In this document: in pieces, positions 30,988 to 41,285 of the stretch
How the letters are laid out: each line of letters opens with the position of its first letter
How positions within the stretch are numbered: position 1 is the stretch's first letter
Source of the DNA: an uncultured Bacillales bacterium
GTDB taxonomy: Bacteria > Bacillota > Bacilli > Tepidibacillales > Tepidibacillaceae
Length of the DNA stretch: 64,000 nucleotides
Direction: 5' to 3'
Assembly: GCA_964480445.1 (NCBI GenBank)
Contig: CAYZPB010000001.1
Coordinates: forward strand, 23,096 to 87,095
Notes under the pieces: model-generated
What the model saw: only the letters and a program-made list of their open reading frames with translations
Database searches by the model: none
What the model was told of the DNA's origin: nothing
Made by a program: the position numbers and the translations under genes

Positions 30988-32373
30988 ATGAGTAAAATAA
31001 ATGTATTAACACCAAAAGAAATAGTAACTGAGTTAGATAAATACGTTATTGGTCAAGGTGCGGCGAAACAAGCTGTCGCAGTAGCCTTACGCAATCGTTA
31101 TCGTCGCAGTTTGCTTACGGACGAACTAAAAGAAGAAATTATGCCAAAAAATATTCTAATGATCGGCCCTACAGGCGTTGGGAAAACCGAAATTGCGAGG
31201 AGATTAACAAAATTGGTTGGTGCTCCTTTTGTTAAGGTGGAGGCAACTAAATTTACGGAGGTAGGTTATGTTGGTCGAGACGTGGAATCAATGGTGCGCG
31301 ACTTAGTTGATATCTCAATCAGAATGGTAAAAGCTGAAAAAACTGAAGCAGTCGCGGAGCAGGCAGAGAACCGAGCAAATGATCGGATTATCGAATTACT
31401 TGCTCCTAGTGTTAAGCGCGAAAAAGCTTCTAGCAACCCCTTTGATATGTTGTTTGGAGGGCAGGCGCAAGATGAGGAAGTTGAACTTCCAGCCGAGGAT
31501 GAAACATTAAGTCAGAAAAGACGCTCGCTTAAGTTTCGATTATTAAAAGGTGAACTTGAAGATGAAATGATTGAGATTGAATATGAAGAGAGTGCTCAAA
31601 TTCCTGATGTTTTCTCTGGCGCCGAGCAGATGGGGATAAATATGCAGGATTTATTTGGCGGTCTATTTCCGAAGAAAAAGAAAAAAAGAATGGTTGCTGT
31701 TAAAGATGCTCGAGAATTTATAAAACACGAAGAAGCAGAGAAATTGATTGATATGGACGCGATTATTCAGGAAGCTGTTGAACGCGCGGAAGAGTCGGGA
31801 ATTATTTTTATTGACGAGATTGACAAAATTGCTAGCAGAGAACATGGTCCAGATATTTCCCGCGAGGGTGTACAGCGCGATATCCTGCCAATTGTAGAAG
31901 GTTCGACTGTTGTAACGAAATATGGTCCGATTAAAACCGATTACATTCTGTTTATTGCGGCTGGTGCCTTTCATATGTCGAAGCCTTCAGATCTTGTACC
32001 GGAGCTACAGGGTAGATTTCCAATTCGTGTTGAACTGAGCAGTCTTTCTGCAGACGATTTTGTAAGGATCTTAACGGAACCCAAAAACTCTCTGCTTAAA
32101 CAATATAAAGCTCTTTTAGATACGGAAGAAATCGAAATTGTTTTTACTGATGAAGCAATTCTGGAAATTGCGAAAATGGCTTACGAGGTCAATCAGGAGA
32201 TGGAGAATATTGGTGCGCGAAGATTAAGCACCTTATTAGAAAAGCTGCTAGAGGACTTATCTTTTTCCGCTTCTGATATCGCACCGGCAACCATCACAAT
32301 CACACCCGAATATGTTAATGAAAAACTAGAAGCTCTTGTTAAGAATAAAGATTTGTCACAATATATTTTGTAA
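30988..32373 (+). CDS. hslU: ATP-dependent protease ATPase subunit HslU (ClpY/CodX)
   Basis: [17 protein letters not shown], Walker [15 protein letters not shown], Walker [11 protein letters not shown], and a sensor region. Confidence 0.95.
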   Translation: MSKINVLTPKEIVTELDKYVIGQGAAKQAVAVALRNRYRRSLLTDELKEEIMPKNILMIGPTGVGKTEIARRLTKLVGAPFVKVEATKFTEVGYVGRDVESMVRDLVDISIRMVKAEKTEAVAEQAENRANDRIIELLAPSVKREKASSNPFDMLFGGQAQDEEVELPAEDETLSQKRRSLKFRLLKGELEDEMIEIEYEESAQIPDVFSGAEQMGINMQDLFGGLFPKKKKKRMVAVKDAREFIKHEEAEKLIDMDAIIQEAVERAEESGIIFIDEIDKIASREHGPDISREGVQRDILPIVEGSTVVTKYGPIKTDYILFIAAGAFHMSKPSDLVPELQGRFPIRVELSSLSADDFVRILTEPKNSLLKQYKALLDTEEIEIVFTDEAILEIAKMAYEVNQEMENIGARRLSTLLEKLLEDLSFSASDIAPATITITPEYVNEKLEALVKNKDLSQYIL

Positions 32374-32391
32374 CTAAACTGGGAGGAAAAG

Positions 32392-33165
32392 ATGAATCTA
32401 TTAACTAAAACAAGAAGAATAAATTCGCGATTACAGAAAACTGCTGGACATGCGATCGATTTCAATGAGATTGCTGAAGTTTTAAGCGAGGTTATCGATG
32501 CTAATATTTTTGTTGTAAGTCCAAGTGGAGAACTACTGGGATTAAAAATTGCAAAACCAATCGATAACAAGCGTGTTATGTTAATGATTAAAGAGCGACG
32601 CTTTCCAACAAAATATAACTCGCAACTCTTGGAGCAAGATAACACAATTTTTAACATCGGAATCGATAATCCCCTTACTTCTTTTCCAGAGGAGATGAAA
32701 GAAGTTTTCGGGAATAGTTACACCGCTTTAATCCCTATTACTGGGGGCGGTTTACGAGTCGGCACGCTAATTATTGGACGATTAGATCAACCTTTCACTG
32801 ACGATGATCTAGTATTGGGAGAATACAGTGCTACGGTGATTGGTATGGAAATTCTTAGAGTTAAATCTGAGCAGGTTGAACGAGAGACGCGCGATAGCGC
32901 AGTTATCGATATTGCAATGAGGTCACTTTCGTACAGCGAATTAGAAGCTGCACAGCATATTTTCAAGCATCTAGCTAATAAGGAAGGTTTGGTAGTTGCT
33001 AGCAAAATTGCAGATGACGCAGGAATTACTCGCAGTGTAATTGTCAATGCTTTAAGCAAACTTGAAAGCGCTGGTGTTATTGAAACAAGATCACTAGGGA
33101 TGAAAGGGACCTATATTCGAGTAAATAACGATAAACTATTTTCCGAATTGAAAGCTTGTAAGTAA
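32392..33165 (+). CDS. codY: GTP/BCAA-sensing global transcriptional repressor CodY
   Basis: A GAF-like N-domain and a C-terminal wHTH ASKIADDAGITRSVIVNALSKLESAGVIE. Confidence 0.95.
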   Translation: MNLLTKTRRINSRLQKTAGHAIDFNEIAEVLSEVIDANIFVVSPSGELLGLKIAKPIDNKRVMLMIKERRFPTKYNSQLLEQDNTIFNIGIDNPLTSFPEEMKEVFGNSYTALIPITGGGLRVGTLIIGRLDQPFTDDDLVLGEYSATVIGMEILRVKSEQVERETRDSAVIDIAMRSLSYSELEAAQHIFKHLANKEGLVVASKIADDAGITRSVIVNALSKLESAGVIETRSLGMKGTYIRVNNDKLFSELKACK

Positions 33166-33185
33166 GCAAATAACCGCACGCTATC

Positions 33186-33214
33186 TTGCAAACGCTAGTT
33201 GCTTGTGTTATATT
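33186..33214 (+). promoter_or_regulatory. sigma-A-type promoter candidate for rpsB-tsf
   Basis: TTGCAA (33186-33191), a 17-nt spacer, then TATATT (33209-33214), about 100 nt upstream of the rpsB start. Confidence 0.45.
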
Positions 33215-33318
33215 ATTAGGGGTAAAAAAACACACATTAAGGGATTTAATTATGGTGCTGAAACAGTCGTAATTAATAATGAACTTAGTGGAGGAAAAAA
33301 CCAAAGGAGGTGAAAGAT

Positions 33319-34164
33319 ATGGCAATGATCTCTATGAAACAGTTGTTAGAAGCCGGTGTACATTTTGGGCACCAGACTCGACGCTGGAATCCTAAGATGG
33401 AACGCTATATCTTTACAGAAAGAAACGGTATTTATATTATTGATTTACAGAAAACGGTTAAAAAAATCGATGAGGCTTATAATTTCGTAAAAGAATTATC
33501 AGCAGCTAACAAATCGATTTTATTTGTAGGCACTAAGAAACAAGCGCAAGATGCAGTAAAGGAAGAAGCAATTCGTTCTGACAGTTTCTATATTAATCAG
33601 AGATGGCTTGGTGGTACCCTAACTAACTTTGAAACAATTCAAAAGTCAATTAATCGTTTGAAAGAACTTGAGGGAATGGAAATTGACGGGACATTTGAAG
33701 TCTTACCTAAAAAAGAAGTAATCATTTTGAAGAAAGAAATGGATCGACTAGAGAAATTCCTAGGTGGAATCAAAGATATGCGGAGACTGCCTGGAGCGAT
33801 ATTTATTATTGATCCAAGAAAAGAAAGAATTGCAGTCGCTGAGGCACGTAAATTGAATATTCCAATTGTGGCAATCGTTGATACAAATTGTGATCCTGAT
33901 GAGATTGACTATGTAATACCTGGCAACGATGACGCAATTAGAGCAGTTAAGTTAATTACAGGAAAAATGGCTGATGCTGTTATTGAAGGTAAAGAAGGTC
34001 ACGCAGAGGGAGAAGTAGTTGAGACTGCTGAGAAGCCTGGAAAACCTGAGCCTAAAGTTGTTAAGACTGTTAAAACTGAGGAAATTGAAGCAGTTGTAGA
34101 AGAAGAAACAGATGAAACAGATGAAACAGACAAAGCAGAAACAGTCGTTACGACAGTAGAATAA
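33319..34164 (+). CDS. rpsB: 30S ribosomal protein S2 with an acidic C-terminal extension
   Basis: [19 protein letters not shown] motif. ATG 33319 follows AAGGAGGTG; the track GTG 33310 lies inside the SD. The C-terminal ~45 aa are E/T/V/K-rich. Confidence 0.95.
   Translation: MAMISMKQLLEAGVHFGHQTRRWNPKMERYIFTERNGIYIIDLQKTVKKIDEAYNFVKELSAANKSILFVGTKKQAQDAVKEEAIRSDSFYINQRWLGGTLTNFETIQKSINRLKELEGMEIDGTFEVLPKKEVIILKKEMDRLEKFLGGIKDMRRLPGAIFIIDPRKERIAVAEARKLNIPIVAIVDTNCDPDEIDYVIPGNDDAIRAVKLITGKMADAVIEGKEGHAEGEVVETAEKPGKPEPKVVKTVKTEEIEAVVEEETDETDETDKAETVVTTVE
34105..34131 (+). repeat. in-frame 9-bp tandem repeat (x3) in the rpsB tail
   Basis: GAAACAGAT GAAACAGAT GAAACAGAC, encoding ETD-ETD-ETD. 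Confidence 0.9.
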
Positions 34165-34195
34165 ATAGGATAAAAAGTTTAAAGGGGGCAAATAA

Positions 34196-34846
34196 ATGGA
34201 GATAAGTGCTGCATTAGTTAAAGAACTACGTGAAAAAACTGGTGTTGGTATGATGGAGTGCAAAAAAGCGCTAGTCGATGCTAAGGGCGATATCGATAAG
34301 GCAATCGAGCTTTTACGCGAGAGAGGAATTGCTTTAGCTGACAAGAAAGCTGGCAGGATTGCTAGCGAGGGGCTTGTTGATTCGTATATACATGCTGGGG
34401 GAAGAATCGGCGTATTAGTTGAAGTAAACTGTGAGACTGATTTTGTAACAAAAACTGATGAATTCAAGATTTTTGTAAAAGATATAGCAATGCATATTGC
34501 CGCAACAGATCCGCTTTACATTAGTAGAGATGAAGTTCCCGCTGAGTTAATTCAAAAGGAGAGCGATATCCTTCGACAACAAGCAGTAACTGAGGGTAAA
34601 CCTGAGAATATCGTTGAAAAGATCGTTGAAGGACGAATAGATAAGTTTTATGAAGAAATATGTTTGCTTGAACAACCGTTTATCAAGGACACTGATAAAA
34701 CAGTTGAAGACTTATTAAAAGAAAAAATTGCAAAAATTGGTGAGAATATCAATATTAGACGCTTTGCAAGATTCCACCTTGGTGAAGGATTAGAAAAGAA
34801 GAGCTGCGATTTTGCTGCAGAGGTTCAAGCTCAGACTAAAGCATAG
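34196..34846 (+). CDS. tsf: elongation factor Ts (short ~200-aa form)
   Basis: UBA-like N-terminus [19 protein letters not shown] and core [11 protein letters not shown]. At 216 aa it is shorter than the ~290-aa Bacillus/E. coli form. Confidence 0.93.
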   Translation: MEISAALVKELREKTGVGMMECKKALVDAKGDIDKAIELLRERGIALADKKAGRIASEGLVDSYIHAGGRIGVLVEVNCETDFVTKTDEFKIFVKDIAMHIAATDPLYISRDEVPAELIQKESDILRQQAVTEGKPENIVEKIVEGRIDKFYEEICLLEQPFIKDTDKTVEDLLKEKIAKIGENINIRRFARFHLGEGLEKKSCDFAAEVQAQTKA

Positions 34847-34855
34847 AATTAGTTA

Positions 34856-34884
34856 ATAGGAACACTGACAGTGTTCCTATTTTT
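34856..34884 (+). terminator. intrinsic terminator after tsf
   Basis: AGGAACAC / GTGTTCCT stem with loop TGACA, followed by ATTTTT. Confidence 0.75.
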
Positions 34885-34922
34885 AACTAACAACAATTAA
34901 CTGTAATGGAGTGATAATTGAT

Positions 34923-35645
34923 ATGATGCAAGCAAAGTATAAAAGAGTCATTCTGAAAATAAGTGGTGAGGCACTAGCTGGAGAAGTTGGTCATGGTATC
35001 GACCCGCAGGTGATATCCTCCATTGCAAATCAAATAAAAGAGATTGTAGAGATGGATGTCGAGGTCGGAATAGTGGTTGGTGGGGGTAATATATGGCGTG
35101 GCGTTGCAGGGAGTTCTAAAGGCATGGATCGAGCAACAGCCGATTACATGGGGATGCTAGCAACTGTCATTAATGGATTAGCTTTACAAGATTCTTTAGA
35201 AAATATCGATGTCTCAACAAGATTACAGACTTCAATTGAGATGCGACAGGTTGCTGAACCTTACATAAGACGACGGGCAATCCGCCATCTAGAGAAGAAA
35301 CGTGTAGTAATTTTTGCTGCAGGCACGGGCAATCCCTTCTTTTCAACCGACACAGCTGCTGCACTACGAGCTACGGAGGTTGAGGCTGATGTTATATTAA
35401 TGGCTAAAAACAAAACCGAGGGTGTTTATTCTAGTGATCCCTTATTAGATAAGACCGCTACTATGTATGAGACTCTGACCTATCTTGAAGTTATTCAGAA
35501 CGGGCTCGGCGTTATGGATTCTACCGCTTCCTCGTTAAGTATGGATAATCAAATACCGATGATTGTATTTAATATATCTAAAGAAGGAAATATCAAAAAA
35601 GTAATATGTGGTGAAAAAATTGGTACGATAATAGGAGGGGAGTAA
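34923..35645 (+). CDS. pyrH: UMP kinase
   Basis: [23 protein letters not shown] and [15 protein letters not shown] motifs. The ATG 34923 start is preferred over the track GTG 34911. Confidence 0.95.
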   Translation: MMQAKYKRVILKISGEALAGEVGHGIDPQVISSIANQIKEIVEMDVEVGIVVGGGNIWRGVAGSSKGMDRATADYMGMLATVINGLALQDSLENIDVSTRLQTSIEMRQVAEPYIRRRAIRHLEKKRVVIFAAGTGNPFFSTDTAAALRATEVEADVILMAKNKTEGVYSSDPLLDKTATMYETLTYLEVIQNGLGVMDSTASSLSMDNQIPMIVFNISKEGNIKKVICGEKIGTIIGGE

Positions 35646-35647
35646 TA

Positions 35648-36205
35648 ATGAGTAGTCAAATAATAACTGAAATGTCGGAACGGATGGATAAGGCAATTGA
35701 GTCTCTAAGACGAGATTTAGCGACAGTTCGTACGGGCAGAGCTAATGCAGCATTATTAGATAAAGTCAGTTTTGAATATTATGGCGTCATAACACCAGTA
35801 AATCAAGCTGCCAATATCACAACACCAGATGTGCGCACAATTTCAATCCAACCCTGGGACAAAAGCACGCTCGGAGAAATAGAAAAAGCAATTCAAAAAT
35901 CGGATTTAGGACTTGCTCCAAACAACGATGGAACAGTTATTAGATTAAGTATTCCAATGTTGACAGAGGAAAGACGCAAAGAACTTTCAAAAATAGCTAA
36001 AAGAATTGGTGAAGATAGCAAGGTAGCTGTTAGAAATATTCGTCGTGATGTTAATGATGAGTTAAAGCAACAAGAGAAAGACAAAATAATTTCTGAGGAT
36101 GATTCGCATCGTATTTTAGATGAGATTCAGAAGGTTACGGATAAATACATTGCCCAAATCGATGAGGTTATAGATCTTAAAGAACAAGAAATAATGGAAG
36201 TATAG
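35648..36205 (+). CDS. frr: ribosome recycling factor
   Basis: 185 aa; the LRRDLATVRTGRANAALLD and LTEERRKEL motifs are typical of RRF. Confidence 0.95.
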   Translation: MSSQIITEMSERMDKAIESLRRDLATVRTGRANAALLDKVSFEYYGVITPVNQAANITTPDVRTISIQPWDKSTLGEIEKAIQKSDLGLAPNNDGTVIRLSIPMLTEERRKELSKIAKRIGEDSKVAVRNIRRDVNDELKQQEKDKIISEDDSHRILDEIQKVTDKYIAQIDEVIDLKEQEIMEV

Positions 36206-36231
36206 ACTAGTTTGTACATACGGAGGCGCTT

Positions 36232-36963
36232 ATGTCTATTTCCGATAAGCTTACAATTGATTACACACGTATCCCGAAACATGTAGCCATCATTATGGAC
36301 GGAAACGGCAGATGGGCAAAAGCTCGTAATCTCCCGCGAATTGCGGGTCATAAGGCTGGAATGAGCACTGTGATTGAGATAGCGAAAACTGCCAACAGAC
36401 TAGGGGTTGAAATTGCAACTTTCTTTGCGTTTTCCACAGATAATTGGAAACGTCCAGAGCATGAAGTCCAATTTTTAATGGGCTTGCCGACACAATTTTT
36501 AGTTGAAAACTTGGATGAAATAGTTGCTAATAATTTACAAATACAAGTTATCGGTAATTTAGCTGGTTTACCAGAACATACGATTGAAGCGATTGCTACT
36601 GCAAAAGATAAGACTAGTTGTAACACTGGTACCATTCTTAATTTTGCTATGAATTATGGTGGGCGAAGAGAACTGATCGAGGCAATAAAGAAGCTCCACC
36701 AAGAATTAATCACAGACAAAATTGAATTTGAAGATTTAGATGAGAATATGTTTTCAAGTTATTTAACCACTGCTGGTTACCCTGATCCCGAACTATTGAT
36801 AAGAACTAGTGGTGAATTAAGGCTTAGCAACTTTTTAATTTGGCAACTTGCATATGCTGAACTCTGGTTTACACAAGTATATTGGCCTGATTTTACACCT
36901 GAGCTATTCAAAAGGGCGATTGCTGACTATCAACAACGTAGCAGAAGATTTGGCGGCATATAA
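36232..36963 (+). CDS. uppS: undecaprenyl (isoprenyl) diphosphate synthase
   Basis: HVAIIMDGNGRWA, FAFSTDNWKRP and LIRTSGELRLSNFLIWQ motifs. Confidence 0.95.
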   Translation: MSISDKLTIDYTRIPKHVAIIMDGNGRWAKARNLPRIAGHKAGMSTVIEIAKTANRLGVEIATFFAFSTDNWKRPEHEVQFLMGLPTQFLVENLDEIVANNLQIQVIGNLAGLPEHTIEAIATAKDKTSCNTGTILNFAMNYGGRRELIEAIKKLHQELITDKIEFEDLDENMFSSYLTTAGYPDPELLIRTSGELRLSNFLIWQLAYAELWFTQVYWPDFTPELFKRAIADYQQRSRRFGGI

Positions 36964-36978
36964 TAGGGGAGTGACAAA

Positions 36979-37758
36979 ATGAAAAATCGAGTTATCACTG
37001 CTATAATCGGTGCTGCTATTTTCTTATTCTTACTAGTAATAGGCGGTCTATCATTTTCGGCTTTCATCTTTTTAATTACAGCAATTGGTTATTATGAATA
37101 CATACGTATGCATAAATTAAGAATATTATCAATTGAGAGTGTCTGGGGGTTATTAGCAATAACACTTATATTTATTGATAATATATTTTTAGCTGGTGTA
37201 AATTCATTTGTAATTGTTTTAATTATGATTGCTGGCTACTTTTTTATTATGCTTTCATCAAAGAACCAGGTAAATTTTGACACAATATCATATATAACAC
37301 TCGGAGTTATTTATTTGGCTTTTAGCTTTGTTGCAATATTAGAAGTACGTGCCATGGAAGATGGATTATTATTAATTTTATTCGTCCTAGCTATTACCTG
37401 GGGCTCTGATATCGGTGCTTTCTTCGTAGGTAGCAAATTTGGTAAAAAGCGACTTGCTCCTTCGATTAGTCCAAAGAAGTCGATTGAAGGTGCACTTGGT
37501 GGAATCTTGTTTGCCTTTATCGTTTCACTGGGCTTCATTTTTATATTTACTGAAACAAATATTTTGCTAATTGTTCTGGTTGCTATCGGTATTTCAATTG
37601 TAGGACAGTGTGGCGATTTAATTGAATCGGCATTGAAACGCTTGAAAAATGTTAAAGATTCCGGCAGTCTACTCCCCGGACATGGAGGGATACTAGATCG
37701 TTTTGATAGCCTGATTTTAATATTTTTTGTAGTTTATATACTACTTGCATTTATTTAA
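36979..37758 (+). CDS. cdsA: phosphatidate cytidylyltransferase
   Basis: Polytopic membrane protein with the CTP-transferase signature SALKRLKNVKDSGSLLPGHGGILDRFDS. Confidence 0.9.
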   Translation: MKNRVITAIIGAAIFLFLLVIGGLSFSAFIFLITAIGYYEYIRMHKLRILSIESVWGLLAITLIFIDNIFLAGVNSFVIVLIMIAGYFFIMLSSKNQVNFDTISYITLGVIYLAFSFVAILEVRAMEDGLLLILFVLAITWGSDIGAFFVGSKFGKKRLAPSISPKKSIEGALGGILFAFIVSLGFIFIFTETNILLIVLVAIGISIVGQCGDLIESALKRLKNVKDSGSLLPGHGGILDRFDSLILIFFVVYILLAFI

Positions 37759-37777
37759 CACACTAAGGATGATAAAA

Positions 37778-38929
37778 GTGAAAAAAAACATTGTAATTCT
37801 TGGCTCAACCGGCTCAATTGGTGTGCAAGCACTTGAAGTAATTGAAGAAAATAGTGAATTATTCAATGTTTGTGCTTTAGCTGCTGGACATAATATTGAT
37901 TTGCTTGAAAAACAAATCAGAAAATTTAAACCGGAAATTGTCTCAGTTGCTAATAAGATGCTTGCTGAAAAGCTTGCTCACCAACTTAACAACAATACCA
38001 AAATAGTCTTCGGTTTAGAGGGATTGAACGAATTAGCAAGTAATGAGAGCGCAGACTTTGTTTTAAACAGCCTAGTTGGAAGCATTGGTCTGTTACCTAC
38101 CATCTCTGCGATAAAAGCCCGTAAAACGATAGGCTTGGCTAACAAGGAGACTCTTGTAGCTGGCGGACAACTCGTAATGGATCTTGTAAAAGAGCATAAT
38201 GTTAACTTGATACCAATAGATAGTGAACATTCTGCTGTTTTTCAAGCTTTAAATGGCGAGGAGCTTAAAAGTGTAGATAAAATTATTTTAACAGCCTCCG
38301 GAGGCTCATTTCGTGATAAAATGAGAGAAGAACTAGCGGATGTTACGATCGCGGATGCTTTAAATCATCCTAACTGGGAGATGGGTGCTAAAATTACGAT
38401 TGATTCTGCAACTATGGTTAATAAAGGTTTAGAAGTTATTGAGGCTCATTGGTTGTTTGGTATACCCTATGAACAGATTGAAGTTTTAATTCATCCGGAG
38501 AGTATTATCCATTCAATGGTTCAGTATGTTGATAAATCTGTAATTGCTCAACTAAGTAATCCGGACATGAAATTACCAATCCAATACGCTCTAACTTATC
38601 CAGAAAGAATCAATCTTAACATTAAAGAACTTGATTTTCTTTCCTGTGCTAAACTTACCTTCAAAAAACCATGTTATAACCGCTTTCCTGCACTAAAGCT
38701 TGCTTACCAAAGTGGTATAGCTGGCGGTATTACGCCAACAATTTTCAATGCTGCTAATGAAGCTGCGGTCATTGCTTTTTTAAATGAAAAAATTCCGTTT
38801 TTAGCAATTGAAGAGGTTATTTCAAGGGTTTTAGATAAGCATCAAAAGATAAGCTCTCCAGATCTAGAAGAGATTATCAATGCTGATAAATGGGCTCGAA
38901 TGAAAGCAGATACTTTGATCGATAAATAG
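37778..38929 (+). CDS. dxr: 1-deoxy-D-xylulose 5-phosphate reductoisomerase
   Basis: NADPH motif ILGSTGSIG, LANKETLV, and IDSEHSA. The GTG 37778 start (8 nt after AAGGA) is preferred. The track start 37745 overlaps cdsA. Confidence 0.92.
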   Translation: MKKNIVILGSTGSIGVQALEVIEENSELFNVCALAAGHNIDLLEKQIRKFKPEIVSVANKMLAEKLAHQLNNNTKIVFGLEGLNELASNESADFVLNSLVGSIGLLPTISAIKARKTIGLANKETLVAGGQLVMDLVKEHNVNLIPIDSEHSAVFQALNGEELKSVDKIILTASGGSFRDKMREELADVTIADALNHPNWEMGAKITIDSATMVNKGLEVIEAHWLFGIPYEQIEVLIHPESIIHSMVQYVDKSVIAQLSNPDMKLPIQYALTYPERINLNIKELDFLSCAKLTFKKPCYNRFPALKLAYQSGIAGGITPTIFNAANEAAVIAFLNEKIPFLAIEEVISRVLDKHQKISSPDLEEIINADKWARMKADTLIDK

Positions 38930-38933
38930 GGGG

Positions 38934-40184
38934 ATGGAAAATATATCTACTTTAGTGATAGTCCTGCAAATTGCAGTTGCATTTTTTCTAATGCTTTTTG
39001 TACACGAACTAGGACATTTTATTTTTGCTAAGCGTGCAGGAGTACTGGTACGTGAATTTTCAATTGGTATGGGTCCAAAGATCTTTTCTTTAATGAAAGG
39101 TGAGACAAAATACTCCCTACGTCTTTTACCAATTGGTGCTTACGTGAATATGGCAACTGACAACGAACACTTATACGAGTTTAAAACCGGGAAGAACTAC
39201 GGTATAAAACTTCTTGATGGTGTAATTACTGATATCTATTTTGAGCCTGATTCAGACGAGCTTGTGAAAATGGAGAAATACGATTTAAATGATGACTTGT
39301 TTTTTGCCGGAACTAACCTTGCAGGTGAACAGGTAAGCTATGCAGTCGCGGAAAATGCAATAGTTCATAAAGAGAAGGTCTCGATGCAAATAGCACCTAG
39401 ATCAAGACAGTTTGCTTCCAAAACAATCTCAGCACGATTTCTAAGCATTATCAGTGGTCCACTGTTTAACTTTGGCTTGGCATTAATTTTGTTTTTTGCG
39501 ATTGCCCTTATGGTTGGAACACCGACAAATGAAGTAATTATTGTTGATGTAATCGAGAATTCTGCAGCTGAACAGGCTAATTTACATGTGGATGATAAAA
39601 TTATCGGCATAAATAACAATGTCTATGATAACGCTAATGACTTAATAGGTAAGCTACAAGCATCTCCTGATATTGAGCTAACCCTAAATATTGAGCGGGA
39701 TGGTTCTGAGATAAAAGTCCCTATTACGCCTACGCTTGATGGCGGAGTTGGCAAAATTGGGATCATGACAGGCAACGTATATGAAAAAACTAGTTTGTGG
39801 GAGGCTGTAAAAGCTAGTTTTAATGAGATAAAAAGATGGTTACTCTTAATTGTTGAGAGCTTTCAGATGCTTTTCTCAGGACAAGTTGGTATGGATGATT
39901 TAGCTGGTCCTGTTGGGATATTCAAGATTTCTAGTGATGCAGCTAAAGCGGGTATAATCTCCTTAATGAACTGGACAGCCGTGTTAAGTTTATATCTAGG
40001 ATTCTTTAACTTACTGCCAATCCCAGCACTAGATGGAAGCAGGTTGTTATTTTTACTGTTTGAGGGCATTAGGGGCAAACCTGTATCACCGGAAAGAGAA
40101 GGTTTTATTCACTTTATAGGCTTTGCTGCCCTAATGTTGTTGATTATAGCAGTTACGGTAAATGACATAGCTAAATTTTTCTAG
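38934..40184 (+). CDS. rseP: RIP site-2 zinc metalloprotease RseP/RasP
   Basis: HELGHF zinc motif in TM1, a central PDZ-like region, and NLLPIPALDG. Confidence 0.9.
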   Translation: MENISTLVIVLQIAVAFFLMLFVHELGHFIFAKRAGVLVREFSIGMGPKIFSLMKGETKYSLRLLPIGAYVNMATDNEHLYEFKTGKNYGIKLLDGVITDIYFEPDSDELVKMEKYDLNDDLFFAGTNLAGEQVSYAVAENAIVHKEKVSMQIAPRSRQFASKTISARFLSIISGPLFNFGLALILFFAIALMVGTPTNEVIIVDVIENSAAEQANLHVDDKIIGINNNVYDNANDLIGKLQASPDIELTLNIERDGSEIKVPITPTLDGGVGKIGIMTGNVYEKTSLWEAVKASFNEIKRWLLLIVESFQMLFSGQVGMDDLAGPVGIFKISSDAAKAGIISLMNWTAVLSLYLGFFNLLPIPALDGSRLLFLLFEGIRGKPVSPEREGFIHFIGFAALMLLIIAVTVNDIAKFF

Positions 40185-40205
40185 CAAATATTTTGAGGTG
40201 ATTCA

Positions 40206-41276
40206 ATGTTTAACAGATGTCAGACGAAACCAATTTATGTAGGTGATGTCCAGATTGGAGGACAGAATGATGTTGTGATTCAATCAATGACATCAACAGC
40301 CACACAAGATATAAAGAGCACGGTTAAGCAGATTAATGATTTAGCTGATGCTGGTTGTCAAATAGTGCGCCTAGCAATTAATGACCTTGCAGCGGCTGAT
40401 GCTATATTACAGATTAAGCAAGAGGTTACACTGCCATTAGTAGCTGACATTCATTTTGATTATCGATTAGCTTTGGCGGCGATTGAGAATGGCATTGACA
40501 AAATCCGAATTAATCCTGGTAATATTGGTTTTGCTGAACAGGTTAAGGCGGTTGTCGAGGCTGCTCGCGCTAAAAATATTCCCATAAGAATAGGAATAAA
40601 TTCTGGCTCAATTGAGAAGAAAATACTCAGAAGAGATGGTAAGCCAACAGCGAAAGGAATGGTCGAATCAGCAATCAATCACATAAATATTTTAGAGGAT
40701 TTAAATTACACAAATATTTGTATCTCCTTAAAGAGCACAAATGTTGCGATGATGATTGAGGCAAACCAAGTAATGGCGGGGATTAGAAATTATCCATTAC
40801 ATGTAGGAGTTACTGAGGCAGGGACCTATTTTGCAGGCAGTATTAAATCTGCTGTAGGTATTGGTACAGTATTAGCGCAAGGAATTGGTGATACAATTCG
40901 CGTATCGCTTACTGGTGACCCTGTGCCAGAGATTAAAGTTGCTAGAGAAATTCTGAAAAACCTCGAGATAAGAGATGATACGCCAACTATTATCTCCTGC
41001 CCAACCTGCGGTAGAACGAAAATTGACTTGCTTGGATTAACTAACAAAGTTGAACTTTTGTTAGAAAAAATTGACCATCCTTTAAAGGTTGCAATTATGG
41101 GCTGTGTGGTAAACGGTCCAGGTGAAGCACGTGAAGCGGACGTTGGTGTGGCAGGCGGTGCAGGCGAAGGCGTAATTTTCCGCAAAGGTGAGGTTGTGCG
41201 AAAAGTTAAAGAGGAACAACTATATGATGAGCTAGTTAAAGAAATTGAAGATATACTAGGGATAAAATTAGTCTAA
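40206..41276 (+). CDS. ispG: 4-hydroxy-3-methylbut-2-en-1-yl diphosphate synthase
   Basis: TIM-barrel N-domain (VRLAINDL, RINPGNIG) and 4Fe-4S Cys ligands CPTCGR...GCVVNGPGE. Confidence 0.95.
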   Translation: MFNRCQTKPIYVGDVQIGGQNDVVIQSMTSTATQDIKSTVKQINDLADAGCQIVRLAINDLAAADAILQIKQEVTLPLVADIHFDYRLALAAIENGIDKIRINPGNIGFAEQVKAVVEAARAKNIPIRIGINSGSIEKKILRRDGKPTAKGMVESAINHINILEDLNYTNICISLKSTNVAMMIEANQVMAGIRNYPLHVGVTEAGTYFAGSIKSAVGIGTVLAQGIGDTIRVSLTGDPVPEIKVAREILKNLEIRDDTPTIISCPTCGRTKIDLLGLTNKVELLLEKIDHPLKVAIMGCVVNGPGEAREADVGVAGGAGEGVIFRKGEVVRKVKEEQLYDELVKEIEDILGIKLV

Positions 41277-41285
41277 GGAGCCGTT

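Noticed and set aside
32193-32657. 154-aa minus-strand ORF opposite the hslU 3' end and codY 5' end
   Set aside because: It is antisense to two well-supported genes, has S/I/L/F-rich composition, and carries no recognisable motif or ribosome-binding site.
33952-34467. 171-aa minus-strand ORF spanning the rpsB 3' end, the intergenic gap and the tsf 5' end
   Set aside because: It is antisense to two highly conserved genes, with low-complexity S/F/L/N/C-rich composition and no SD. Long antisense frames of this kind are typical opposite GA-rich coding sequence in an AT-rich genome.
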